From: Podarcis erhardii
Taxonomy: Eukaryota
Direction: 5' to 3' (one strand)
Length of the DNA stretch: 64,000 nt
NCBI GenBank assembly: GCA_964252035.1
Contig: OZ176200.1
Each line of letters starts with the position of its first letter. Positions within the stretch are counted from its first letter, which is position 1. Positions 1 to 12,725 of the stretch are shown here, piece by piece. The translations under genes and the position numbers were made by a program. The notes below the pieces were generated by a model. It had not been told where the DNA came from. It saw nothing but the letters and a program-made list of their open reading frames with translations, and made no database searches.

Positions 1-3000
1 GTTGGCACTTGAATGCTTTATTGAGGAGCCTGTTTAAAACTCCTGCATAGCTCCCCCCCCCCCAATTGATGCAAGTAGGGCAGAAACTTGTTGTGGTCAT
101 GGGCTAAAGATGCAGTGTGCATGAGAAAGTGGATGAACCCCTGTCCTCCTTGTCAATAGATAGCATGTAGTTGAACTTCTGGTGTGAAAGGGAACTCTTC
201 AGAGACTGTGAACAGGGCCAGGTTCAACCTAAACATGCAATTTAGATTTGATTGTGGAAACTTGTTGCCATTACCTAAAGCTGGTTAGATGTGTCAAATT
301 TTTGAGGAATGTTGGCAAGGTACAAAGCATCTTAGCACCTAGCAAGTGTTGTGTCTCCTGAAAATGTTATTTTTCTCTTTAAAAAACCTTTAAAAAACTT
401 GTACGCCTGTTACGTGGTTTCACTCTTAATTATAAAAGCTACTTTTGAGTTTGGAAGCTTCTATTCTAGATGGGTATGCCTGGCAATCTTTTACCCTCAC
501 CACTCTAGAGTGCAGTTCATACCTCTTTAAAATGCAGCTTGCACTAACCTAGTATGCATGTAAGACCATGTAAACTGTAAGCCTAATATGTAACTCTGCC
601 TTAAACAGGATACAGCTGAAGTAGAACAGATTTATCTACAAGGTTGGGATGTATACTTGAAGGCTTTACCTTTATTGTTTTCCTTAATTGCAAGGAGTTA
701 TATCCCAGCTGGTGTGTGTCTGCCAATAGAAGGCTTTTGAATAGGGATCAAGGCTATTTTGGGTAGTTCCCCTCCCCTCAACAGCTGCCCATACTGTTCC
801 AAAGGGCCCACCAATTCTCCAGGTCAGATTTGAGTGGGAAGGAGGACTCACTGAAGAGTGCCTCAACCCTTTTTCCACTGATGGCTCCACTGTACTAAAG
901 AGCCTTCCATAAGCAGAATATGGCCAGAGGATAGCCAGTATCTATCATCAGTCTGATTAACACAGCCACCTGTTCAAGTGGATGGAAGAAGTCCATATTT
1001 TAAAAGTAGAATTGATATATATTCTGTACAGAACGACCCCTATATATTCATACTGTAATATGAGCTTTATGAATGGTTTCCAAAATAATGTTTGAAATCT
1101 GAATCAAGGAGACTGTCCTTTATATGTGAAAAAATAGTCAACAAAAACCTGTGACTATTTTGTTCACATCACAAAATATACAAGGCACTTTTTACTGTTT
1201 TCAAACAAACATGATTCTAGGGCTAAGGAAATTTGCACTTTGTTAACCATTCTGAGCAAACTGGCAGAATCTGAAAGGCATATCACGGCTATGCCACCAG
1301 TAGGACTTGCTTTGCTCTAAATTAATTTTGAGTTGCTGGTTTGCAGATACTTTTCAATTTGCAAAACTGGTGCTTGACTGACATAGTGCTGCTGCTACCC
1401 AATTTAATAAATAATGAACTTTTTAGCTTGGTATCTGGATGAGTGTGTGAGCTTCATACATGCAGGATTTGCTGTTGTAGTGCTTAGTCAGAAACATTTA
1501 GGATGTGGTTAACTGTTTGAAGATGCTTGGCTATCTTGCATAACCTCATAATGGAGAGCTTTGCTGCCTAGATCTATAGAAATGAGGGGTTCTGTTACTC
1601 TCCAGAGCAGCCTTTGCCAGCCTAGTGCCCTCCAGATGCTTTGTGCTGTAGGTCCCATCAACCCCAGCAGCACATCCAAAACAACTGGAGGACACCTGTG
1701 AGAGGCGGCTTCAACAAATTGCACTTAAGCAGTTTGCACCTCAGTAGCTGTGGTATTTAAACTCCTGAAGGTTTAGCACTGAAATTTGTTTCCATAAGCA
1801 GTTAATGAGGGGAAAGATCTTTCTATGAAGTGGCTCTTCATGGCACATAAGCAGCACTTGGGGTATACGTGTGGTTCCCCCACCACCACCTTGCCTTCCA
1901 TTTATTCTCTTAACAGCCTTTATTCTATCAGTGGAGAACAGGATTTCATTCTAAGTATATTGGTGCCATTCTTTATGAATGGTTGCAGGGGGCTCTTTTT
2001 TAATAGTCTGTCTCTATTCTACATGTGCACTAGTTTTTACGATAAAATCCCCCTTACTTGACTTCTCCCTTTTAGACCTTTTATTCTTGCTTTGCACTTT
2101 GAAGAACAGTAAATATTGAGCAGTAGAAGTCCAAGCACAATACATGGGTGCCAATAAATGTATTTTCCAAACAGGCTTCCAGGATATAGATGGTAAGTTT
2201 GCAAGTGGTAGCGTTGGATCTTTGCAACAGGATTTGGAGGCCTAAGCTGAACTGAATTTTTGTACCATGCTTTATTAAGTACTTGAAGATTGAGGGTGGG
2301 GGTGGAGGAAGGACAAGGAGTTTATGCCCTCACCCTGTACACAGAAAGGCAATGAGTTCTCCCTGCCTTGAAATGTAGAGGAATGGCCAGCTAAGTGGTG
2401 CTCCCCAAAGACTGCAGGAATAAAAGCTTAGTAGGGTCTCTGCTGAACAAAGAACTCATTTGTATGAAAGGACTCTTATGACAGGAATGTGGAAAACAAA
2501 ATACTAGAGAATGAGAATATGTCCTGTGATGGGGCAGGGGAGAATGCCCCAAGGTGAAGATTTCCTACATAACTAGATGAGAAGAAAGCAGGTTTAGAGC
2601 TGGAAATTGGTTCTATCTGAAGGGGGGGGCAGGATGAAAGCATTCGAGTTTGATCACTTGCTAGTTGGTTTTAGATGGAATTGTCAACTTTCCCTAATTA
2701 CAGCACAATGAACATTCCACAGAGTTTAGCATCTAAATAGTTGCAACTCATCTGTCCTCTGCCATCTTTGACAAACCCTTGGAAGGCAGATGAGGTTGTG
2801 AAACTCAAGTATGGAAAACATACATGGAAAATTGACAATGGCACAAGCACATAGGCTCACAAACCAAGTCTTTTATAGAGGTAGTATTCTAATTATGCAT
2901 GATTAAGATGTCTAGTGTTATAGTTATTACCAGTAAATTGATATATGCATTTATACATAATGAAGCAATAGGAACTAATATACCAATAGGTTGAACTTAC

Positions 3001-5800
3001 TGCTTTGATTCTCAGATTTTGATTTTAGAGAACATTCTGTCTCTTTAAAGGAGGCAGAATGTACAAATAAGAGAAGCATGACACCAAAACTGTGTATTTG
3101 AAAGAAAAATTAGCAGAATGAGCCCTTTTGACCTCTTACCAGGTTCATTGTGTTCCCTTGAGCCTACATAATATGAGCATGGTTGGTGGTAAGATGGGTG
3201 TCTTGGCTGCGGCAATTGTACAAATAAAAAAGGTGCAGAGTTTCAGAGTACAGAGAAGGCACTAGATGAACCCCAAATAGGGCAATAGCAAAATGTTGTA
3301 TGTAGTAGGAATTTTCAGGTAACAAGAAGGAAGGAACCTGGATCACAACCTGTTGGCTGCAAATAAATGAGAATTTAGGTGGATGAAATCATTAAGCAGT
3401 CTTTACTCTTCAGGTATTGAGTTTAAATGACAGGTTCTCCTCGCCAGGTATCTCTCACCTTGTTAGGCAGCTATACCAAGATGAACTGGTTTCAGACCAG
3501 CATTAATACACCTTACAATAACTAATCTGAAAATGGCAAAGTTTTGCCTTAGACACAAAGCAAGTTCAAGCTTGCTAAGTAGGAGTGGAGCTTGCTAACT
3601 AGACTCGAGAGTAAATGGCACCCCCATAAAAATTATTGGTTTAGTTAACAAAAAAAGTAAAAAGTGGGTGCATTTAATGGTAGAATATATATGCCGAATA
3701 CATATTAAATATTAAGTAGAGGATGGTAGAAGCATAGCCCTTGGACTAGAAAATTATTTTCCTAATGTGAAGGTGCTGCTTAAAATAAACACTGAGTTTA
3801 AAGTTCCTTAACTAGATTATGGCTATACTAGTTTCTGCAGAGCAAGTTACAAATACTTCTTCATATCAAAGTTTGCTTTCTCATAGATCTGAAAAAGGAT
3901 TTGTTATGGCAAATCTGCATTTTATGTTAGTGGTTATTTTCCCAATCATTTGTTTTAAGCTTGTTATAGAGGCCATATTTTTTACATTGCCAGTCTCGGT
4001 AATTAGTAGCTGCCAAATAGATGTAAGAATATTGGAGACGTGAGTGAAGGCTTTTAATGACATCAGTTTGACTTCCCCTCTGATTTCATGTTAACATGAA
4101 AAGACTCCATAGTATTGTATCATTGAATTGTTTTCCCCGAACTCTGTCCCTCTTGTAGGTTGTGATTTAGGTCTCTGCTAATTAATTTCTTCTTTCAGAG
4201 CAAAGAAAAGATTGTCTTTGGAAATGCATAGGATAACTGATCATAATAAAAGGATTGTGAAAGCTAGAGTCTGGGGAAATGTACAGAAACATTGTATAAA
4301 TTTTAGAAGTAGGCTTACATTTTGTTAACTCACTTGAACAAGCAGAACAGACAAGGAAGGTATATGCCACTGCAAACTATTTACTCCCATTGCACAATTA
4401 TGTAACAAATACCACAAATCTACCCCTGTATATATCTGAAGATTTCCAAAAGGCAGCTTGCTTTTATATCTATGCATCTTTTGGGGAGGGAAAGAGGGTG
4501 TTAAAATTATTATTTTGACACTGTAAACAATAATTGTTCAAAACTGAACCTGGAAACTCTGCACCTGTATACAATTTTTTTAGCAATAAAGCAGCATGGG
4601 CTGAGAATGCACTTAAAATGCCATTGTGTCATTTCTTCTAGGACGAACTCTTGAAACAATAGAAATGTAGGTTCACATATTTCAGTTTGCCTTCATTGTG
4701 GAGCAGAAGATGTTTAATCATTGCAAACTTATATGATTGCTGTGAAACCCCAGCAGCTTTTTAGCACATCTGAGCCACTTCATACTCTCATGTATTTCTC
4801 AACAATGTGATCGGTTGCCATGTGTTTTGCAGTGCCTCTTCTCCCTCCTCTTCCCAATACAGTGGTACCTCGGGTTACATACGCTTCAGGTTAGACACTT
4901 CAGGTTACAGACTCCACTAACCCAGAAATATTACCTTGAGTTAAGAACTTTGCTTCAGGATGAGAACCAAAATTGTGCTCTGGTGGCGCAGCAGGGGGCG
5001 CCATTAGCTAAAGTGGTGCTTCAGGTTAAGAACGGACCTCTGTAACGAGTTAAGTACTTAACCCGAGGTACCATTGTACAGGGCTTTAAGTTTTTTTCTG
5101 AAAACTTATCAGGTGGTGAAATGAATAGGAAAGCAGCGCCATCAAATATAAGCTAACCGGTCAGTCCATTCTGTCAAATTTGTGTTTACACCATTTAAAC
5201 AGCACTGGAATGCACATTCTTACATTGGACTTGAAATTGTTTTTATTGTTAAATTGCTTTGAGATGTTTCATAGGAAGCAATTCATAAAGTTTATAAGAG
5301 ATACAGATATGTAGGCTGCCTCACATCTGTACAAGTTTCCTAACTTATGCTCCATCTTTGGTAGTTTAGGCAGCATTTTAAAAACCCTGTTAGCATAGAA
5401 TTCAACTGGTGTTACAGTTAAGAGTTCAAATTTGATGAAATTTTAATAGTTTTTAAATTGACACTTTTAGTTTACACAACAGGTTATTGGGTAGACCGAA
5501 CTGTCTCAAGCCAAATTTAAAATAAAATGCTGAATTGAAGCCAACAAAACTGAACAAGCTGTACATTTCCTCTAAACAGAGGCTGAAAATGCATTCACTG
5601 TATAGTTTAGGATAGTATTAACAGATGTAACAATTCCAAAAAAATCCAGGCAGAACTATGTGTGCACATATAAAAATATAGCAGTTCATATGCTTTGTGT
5701 AATCCATTTGCCAGTCCAAGACACACTGCCATTTTCAAATACTGTACAACCAAAACAGTGGTTGTGTGAAGACAAGTTACAACCTCATGTTTATCACAGC
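1..5800 (+). ncRNA. Putative Cyrano/OIP5-AS1 orthologue (terminal exon region; boundaries unknown)
   Basis: Synteny: in other vertebrates Cyrano lies on the strand opposite OIP5, convergent with its 3' end. Seen: no coding potential, few transposons, and a block at ~1090-1205 (GTCAACAAAAACCTGTGACTATTTTGTTCACATCACAAAATATACAAGGCAC) resembling the conserved Cyrano core as I recall it. Also a Pumilio element TGTATATA at 4427-4434 and + strand AATAAA at 4585 and 5521. Could alternatively be CHP1 3'UTR or intergenic DNA. Confidence 0.45.
4860..5076. mobile_element. Tc1/mariner (Tigger/pogo-like) MITE
   Basis: TIRs CAGTGGTACCTCGGGTTA...TAACCCGAGGTACCATTG flanked by TA on both sides; same family as 25469-25690 and the 40611 fragment. 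Confidence 0.85.
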
Positions 5801-5835
5801 CAAATGCAGATATGTGACTGCAGAAATTCTACCAG

Positions 5836-8800
5836 TTAGTTGTTCAACTTCTTCCTTGTTCCCCCAGATGCTTGGCCATGTAGTCTTACTTTGTAGACCT
5901 GCTTTTCAGACATCAACTTCTGCTGGTTTCTTTCTTCGAGTTTCTCAATCAACCGTTCTATCCGTATGTGCGCTAAAACAAGGCTCTCCTTTAACTACAA
6001 AAAATAATAATCGCCAAGATTAGATAAAACGAAGTGATGCAGAAAACCAATTATATCAGCCAAATCTTTGTCAGTGAGAACAAAAAATTGTCCAATATTT
6101 TAAGTCCAGTGACACACCTTGTAACTATGCATTTGAGAGGCATCTCTATTAAAGGTGTGGGAGAAAATCAACATTGCACCAAGGCTATTCTGTCAGGTCA
6201 AGCATTTGGGCTTGCTAGATGAATCAATCTCCTTTACCTGTTTCAGGTGTTCTCTCGGCCAAACACCCCCTTGACCCAATTATAGAGGGCACAGGGGAAG
6301 GAGGGGGGAACGCCAGTGCACAAGCAGAAGACCTTCTTCAGGGTCTCTCTCATGTATCTTGGGAAAGTGACTAGGGCAGCTGAGCGCTCTTTCATGATAA
6401 CTCTCCAAACTTGATTGGCATGAACCCAGCATGCTGACAACCAATATTTCAAAAACCGTGTAAGACAGTTTGTCATGTGCAAATTTGGTTCCACTTGCTC
6501 CTCACCTTTTAGCCCACCTCACTGGCCTCAGATGAAAGCCAGTACTGTCAGCTGTGCAGTCTGACATCTAGTCATACTTGGGAAGATTTAAACTCAGATC
6601 GGTCCCCTATGGCCTACCATAGCTGTTTGCTAGCATGGCCAAAGGTTGCTCATCCCTGATTTAAACAGTTCTTGATCTAAAGAAATGATGAAGCTGTACA
6701 GGGCCTGTTCCAAACCTCCCCAAGCTGCACAGGATCCACTGCGGCAGCTATTTCATTTGGCATTTGGGTAATGGCAGAAGCCTCAGAATATGTGAGAGGA
6801 GTCCACAATGCAGTTCCTACCAGAACTGGGGCAACATTAATGCAGGAAGAAGCCGTGCTGTGGACTCCTCTTTTATAGCACAGGAATTCTCCTGTTTCCT
6901 CGAGTGGCACAGGAAAGTCAAGCTGGAACAGCTCCTATTTGTCTCAGATAAAGTGAGGACACACACACTGAATATCGTATTAGTAAGAGTATACCATATT
7001 TGCCTTTGGCATTCAGCTGCCAAATGTGTTCATGTGCTCTTTGGTTTAAATGAGCAAAGGACTGCATTAAGCTCAATTTTATGGACTGCTTGTTTTGAAA
7101 AGCTTGTTTGTAAAAACAGGATGCTGTAGTTAGTTTCCAGAAAATATTTATAACTTAAACTGAAAAATGTTAATATTTACTAGTTTAAAGTATAAATGTT
7201 TTCTGGAAACTAACTAGAGCATCCTATTTTCATACAACCATGTGCTTAAAAGAACAACCGGTGTTGGCTAAGTGTGCCTGGGAGCTATTTTTTCTATTTC
7301 ACAGACTTGGAGGGTTGCCTTTCATTTGCCAAGCCTCAAAACAGTTTGTGCCCATTATTATTACTAGAGAAGAGCCTATGTTTCTATGTTCCATAAATGT
7401 CTGAAAGACTGCTCTGACTACTCCTTTTAAACCTCAGTCTAGTATATTGTGCAACAGTCTATAAGAGAAACCCAGGTTTAAATTCTGCCCTGTCAAAGAC
7501 TATCAGCACAATTCTATCTATGTCTGCTCATAAGTAAGTCATATTGAATCAGTGAATTCAGTGGGCCTTATACTCCCAGGTGAATGGGATTAGGATAGCA
7601 GCCTAAAAAAAGTTCACTAGACGCTCTCTGTTGCAAGGGTTGCAAAGCTGATAAGAGCACTTAACATGTTTTGTAATGGTACATATTTTTGTACATTTAG
7701 TCACATTTTTATCTGCCCAGTTCTCCTGTGAGAAGGGGAAAACAGTTAACCAACACAAAAACAGAAGAACACTTACTTTCTGTACTTGTTCCTTTAGGCT
7801 CACAGGAGGACAGGTCATCTTTGAGGCTTCAGTTGTCGTTTTAGTTTTTAACAAGTAACTGAAAAATAGGTTAAAAGACAATACATTTTGAAATTAGCTG
7901 ATCAGTCATAGGAATGTATGAATAAAGGAGAAGATAAACATAATTTATATTGCAATTTTTCAGAATATTGTGTTCACTTTTTTCAACATTTTGTCTACTC
8001 CAGCAAGAGAAATCTAAATATTCAAAAATGAAGATTATGAATAATAACCATTTAATAGTATTTTGCCAACATCCTGATTTCACTGATTATATCCTAACTT
8101 GTGATATAATTTCCTGAAATTAATAGGTTTCCACAATCTCATACTGCAGTACATTTCAGATTCGTAACAATGTATTTTGAAGGACCTAATTCAGGGGTCG
8201 GCAACCCGCGGCTCCGGAGCCGCATGTGGCTCTTTTACACCTTTGCCGCGGCTCCGGGGTGCCTCTTCCCTCATGGTGCAGGGAGCGAGGAAGAAGAGGA
8301 GGAGGGCAGCGGCAGGAAGGTGTGCCAGGGCGCAGAGGCATGTTCTCCCCTCAGGTGGATGCGGCTGCCACTGCCACTGCCGGCCACACACAGGCGCATC
8401 CACATGCAGGCGCGCTCCCTTTCGCCCCTTTCGAAGGGGTGAATTACGTCAGTGACGAGGAGGGGGTCCAGAGGTAGCCAGCAGGAGAGGCGGGGGAGCA
8501 CAAGAGCAATTGCAGAGGGGGGGGGCTGTTAGGCACCAAAATCCTGCATGCGGGATTTCCCCGTTCTCTCGTGCCTATGCAATTCCTGCCCTTCTCCCTT
8601 CCCCCTCGAGATTTGTTGCAGAGACAAGCAAATGAAGAAGAAAGGGAAGAGTATTAGCTGACATGTCCCCGGATCCCATGGAAAGCACCACAGATTCCTT
8701 TGCTTACCAGCTCTTTTTATTTTAAGTTGGCTTCAAACCTGTAATTGTGTAGGTGTATGTATGTATACATATACACACATAAATATTCATATCTCTTCCC

Positions 8801-11800
8801 TCTCACCTTCCTTTCACCCAGTTTCTCTGGCACTGGTTTATAAATGCTGCTATGTAGAAATGATGAGAAAGTTGCACCAGCAGAAGGAATGGATATGTGC
8901 TGTTAGTAAAAAGAGAGGGAGTTGAACTGCAGGGAGGGACAGACACTTTCCTATGTATTAATTTGTATAATGCCCTCTATGCACATGGTGCTTTGCAAAA
9001 AATGGATATGAGAGGTACCATACCCCTCTTTGCTATCTGAAATAGACTCAGGGAAAAGAGAGAGAATGAGGGAAGGGGAGGAATGTGTGGTTATTTACAT
9101 TTGGCTTGTTTTGTGGCTCCCCGTTTTTTTTTTCCCCTTTGGAAACGGGTCCAAGTGGCTCTTTTTGTCTTAAAGGTTGCAGACCCCTGACCTAATTATT
9201 CAATATACAACACTTATTTTATTTTCAAGAAAATAACTTCTCACCTCTCCTGTCCCTTCCTCAAGTAGGCTAAACTTTTGTGGTCATAGATCACTTCTAT
9301 TTTATAGCCAGTTTTAAGCCCTTTCACACAGCATATTCAAAGGTCAATGCCTTATCATGAAGTAATACTTAAACAGCCAATCCACTGTCATCCACTGAAA
9401 AGCATCGTCTTGAGCTGTGACATTACGGTTTCTCATTCACAAGTCAAAACACAAGACTGCATGATCATTGTTTAGTGTAATAGCAAGGCTATTCAAATCC
9501 CAGGTCAGCCATGAAGCTCACTGGGTGACTTTGGACCTGTACTTCCCACTAACCATATAATACTGGGCTGTTGGGAATCTAAACTGGAAGGGAAGTAGTC
9601 CCCTGAGCTCTTTGTAGAGGTGATGGGATAAAAAGGTGGTGGTGGTGGGACAATTAAGTGAAGTCGCCCTTAAGATCAAGAAAATATGAATGGTACTTTC
9701 CAGTGGCTAATTGAATAAATCTCCTAAACTTGTATCCCACTGGAAAATTAGTTTTAGATCAGCTCTCATAACAGCAAGGTGTTACTATTGGAATAGTTAT
9801 TTTCAGTTGTATAAACGCCTGCTTCTACCCAAACATTAGCTACATGTTGTGCTGCTGTAACTACCACAGCATAGTGTCTACAAATGATGCCATCAGCCAG
9901 TATCTCTTTTGGAAAAGCCTTTTTTAATCTTTTGCATGCCTTTTTATGAAACCTTCATGTATAAACTTATACAGGATGTCTTGTATGTGTCAGTTTGTTA
10001 CCCTTCGTTTTACTGGAGTTTATCCGCATGACTTAACCATCTGATCAGTTCAATATGCATCTGGATACTAACCATATGATGTTGTCCTTCAAAAGGCAAA
10101 AGAAGCCTCGCAGGTGAGCCAGAGGTTTTGAACAATAGAGTCTGAAACCTACTCCCGCTTTACATTCTCGACAGTACAACATGTTGTAGGTGCTAGGGGG
10201 AAAAGACCAGGTGTGAAGTCAGCATTGCATAATCTGCTTTATGACCAAACTAGGGGCTTCAGCCACCATAAGAAACATTTTTGGAATTTGCCCTAGAAAA
10301 TCCAGAATTATTCAGTTATAAAAACCAAATTTAAAGTACGGTAACTTTTTAGAAGTATGCATCTTTCCATTAGTAGATAGCAGGCATAGGCAAACTCGGC
10401 CCTCCAGATGTTTTGGGACTACAATTCCCATCATCCCTGACCACTGGTCCTGCTAGCTAGGGATCATGGGAGTTGTAGGCCAAAAACATCTGGAGGGCCG
10501 AGTTTGCCTATGCATGGTATATAGCTTCCAAGTTTACAGGGGAGAGGGTGTTGCAAAAGCCTGTATGAACATATTCCTAGTGATAAGAATGCAGCATGGT
10601 TTCCTTACTACAGAATATGCATCCTTAAACAAAAGATGCTGCATTCATCCCAAATATTACAAAGAAGTCCTATGGGGGCAGTGGTGGGAGAATCCAAGGT
10701 GGATGAAAAACCAAATCAAAAGCTCTGTGGAGCTGGTAGGGCACAAAATTGGGGTGGGGAACAAGCAGGATGTTTCCGAATTTCTTCTTTCACTGGTTCT
10801 CATAACATCTTATTGTTTCCACAGTCAGAAAGCTAGAGAAGGCAGAAACACTTCTCTGCCCAGATCTTTATCTATACTCTTCCAGGACCCCAGGATACCT
10901 GCCCCAGGAAACAAAGGAAAGAAGAGATGCAAAAAGAGCCATTTCTCGGAGACAAAGGATGCTCACTGGGAATGAAATAAACATTTACTTAAGCCAGGCA
11001 TTTTATTTTTAAAAGTACTAAAAAAACAAGTCTGGCAAATAAAGTATTATTTATTTCATTAGCCACCTTCCCCAAGTCACATGCAAAAAGAACAAAAAGG
11101 TGGCATATGGTTCCAAGATATTCTTGCTCTTCTAAGCATCTGATGTAGTAAATTTTAATTAAAAAAACAACTCACCATCCATTGAGGTCTCCCTCAATGC
11201 AGACCATCAATTTATCTTCCACTACAACATCATTTGTAACCTCTGAAAAGAGAAGCAGACCTTTTGCAGATTGAATAAAGCTAAGAAATCATCAATACAT
11301 TACATTCAAACACTTTATTTCATTTAATACTTATTCAGGGACCTGTTAATACACCTGTAAATTATTCAAATAGATCTCATAGAAACAAGACTATCTTCAT
11401 GCTTGAAAAATAAGAGACATCTACTGCTAGAATCACTGCAACATGCACTTTAGGTTTAATATATATTATTACAGGCATATTTAAATTACTGAAGCATTTT
11501 ACACAAGCTAAGACCTAAATTTAAAATGTCACTTTCAGAAATCATAGTAGAAAAGGGACTCTCACTGAAGATTGCAAAAGTGGATTCCTGTTATGATAGA
11601 AATTAATGCTGTACTTTGGAATTCACACCATTATTTAGATCATGGCTTGATGTTGATTTATTTAACATTCATTAAGATTAACCAGTTTATTGGTTTGGAA
11701 ATGAAAGCTTCTGAACTCCTCATGGCTATGCCACATGAGGGGAAGAGGCGGGAATCACCCCAACAGAAGGCTCTCCACAGCTTATTCACATCACACTAAA

Positions 11801-11923
11801 CTGGTTTAGTGTGTGAATGTGAATGTGGCCTTCTCAGCCTCAGAATGGAGGTGGGAATAAGGGCAAGTGGAGTGTCATATATGGCCTGCGGTCCACATTC
11901 ATGCTTGGCCAACCCCTGTAGGG

Positions 11924-11956
<33 letters not shown>

Positions 11957-12725
11957 ATATATATATATCTACTGGCAAGGTCTCATGGGACTACATCATT
12001 TTTGTTTTTTAAATGTATTTTTATCGCTTCTATTTCTTATGCATTACATTTCAGTTTGAATTACAAGAAAATACAACATAAGAAATGAAAGCAATCAAAA
12101 TCAAACAGCACATGGCAGAAGACATAACAGAAATCATGAGCCACGACCACCAACATTTTTCAAGTGGCGGGGGCGGATTGAGACCATCGGCTCCAATCTT
12201 TTAAATTCCATGTTTTGAGCTTCGCACGACCCCTACACGAATGTAACAGGCGTCATGATAACCCGTGTACATTGCCACGTGCGAAAACAATCCTGCGTGT
12301 ATTTATTTGAACATTTGTGCAGCCTGATTGATGAAGAGCCCGGTGTAGCTCGAAAGTTCGCGCCTTTTCTTTTTCTAAAGAAAAGAAAGCGCCCTTCCCT
12401 TTTCGCTCCGAGGCTGCCAACCCAACACTCAAAAGAGTGCGACCCACTCACTGAAGCAAACGAGAAGGCGGAGCTTCTCCTCCTGGGCGCAGAGATGCAG
12501 CGAGTCGCCCAGCACCGAGCGGCAACCGCGGCACTGGTAGAGCACGCAGTCCTCCAGCCTGAGACTCCGGGAGCCCGGAACCCACTCCCCGGGGTTCTCC
12601 GGAGGCTTTGCGCTTTGCTGACCATGGCGGCAGCTCTTCGTCCCGGGTTCCGCCCGATCCACTCTGATCACGCCTCCCAGTCGGGGCTCCTGGAAGAAAA
12701 GCTCCAGCTGCCGCCGCACGGCCAT
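5836..12725 (-). CDS. OIP5: Opa interacting protein 5 / Mis18-beta (centromere licensing), 5 exons, 233 aa
   Basis: complement(join(12452..12725,11176..11242,10073..10192,7777..7858,5836..5994)); all introns GT-AG; 702 nt in frame. Yippee/Mis18 zinc motifs CVLYQCRGCRSVLGDSLH and TYNMLYCRECKAGVGFRLY; LRGFFCL, CYLLKTK, C-terminal coiled coil LKESLVLAHIRIERLIEKL. The 67- and 82-nt exons match human sizes as recalled. Confidence 0.95.
7113..7230. repeat. AT-rich foldback (49-bp arms, ~20-nt loop) in OIP5 intron 4
   Basis: AAAACAGGATGCTGTAGTTAGTTTCCAGAAAATATTTATAACTTAAACT (7113-7161) is the near reverse complement of 7182-7230. Confidence 0.85.
8192..9189. mobile_element. Non-autonomous hAT element (998 bp) in OIP5 intron 3
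   Basis: TIRs CAGGGGTCGGCAACC / GGTTGCAGACCCCTG; perfect 8-bp TSD ACCTAATT (8184-8191 and 9190-9197). Confidence 0.9.
9475..9640 (+). mobile_element. Degraded MIR/Squam3-like tRNA-derived SINE
   Basis: B-box-like ATTCAAATCCC followed by the CORE-like motif CTCACTGGGTGACTTTGG, shared with the copies at 46847 and 56055. Confidence 0.5.
10381..10516. mobile_element. hAT MITE (CAGGCATAGGCAAACT family)
   Basis: TIRs CAGGCATAGGCAAACTCGGCCCTCCAGATG / CATCTGGAGGGCCGAGTTTGCCTATGCATG; 8-bp TSD GTAGATAG/GTATATAG (7/8). Confidence 0.88.

Noticed and set aside
809-822. CACCAATTCTCCA as a possible degenerate miR-7 site
   Set aside because: Seed match is broken (no GTCTTCC) and the 3'-pairing segment AACAACAAAAT is absent; probably chance.
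982-988. TGGAAGA (miR-7 5' sequence)
   Set aside because: Wrong strand for a site in a + transcript, only 7 nt, and no pre-miRNA hairpin around it.
6243-6494. 83-aa - strand ORF considered as the OIP5 last exon
   Set aside because: No similarity to the Mis18 C-terminal helix; the exon at 5836-5994 fits in sequence and phase.
10466-10975. 169-aa ORF
   Set aside because: Starts inside a hAT MITE, lies antisense in an OIP5 intron, and has no homology I recognise.
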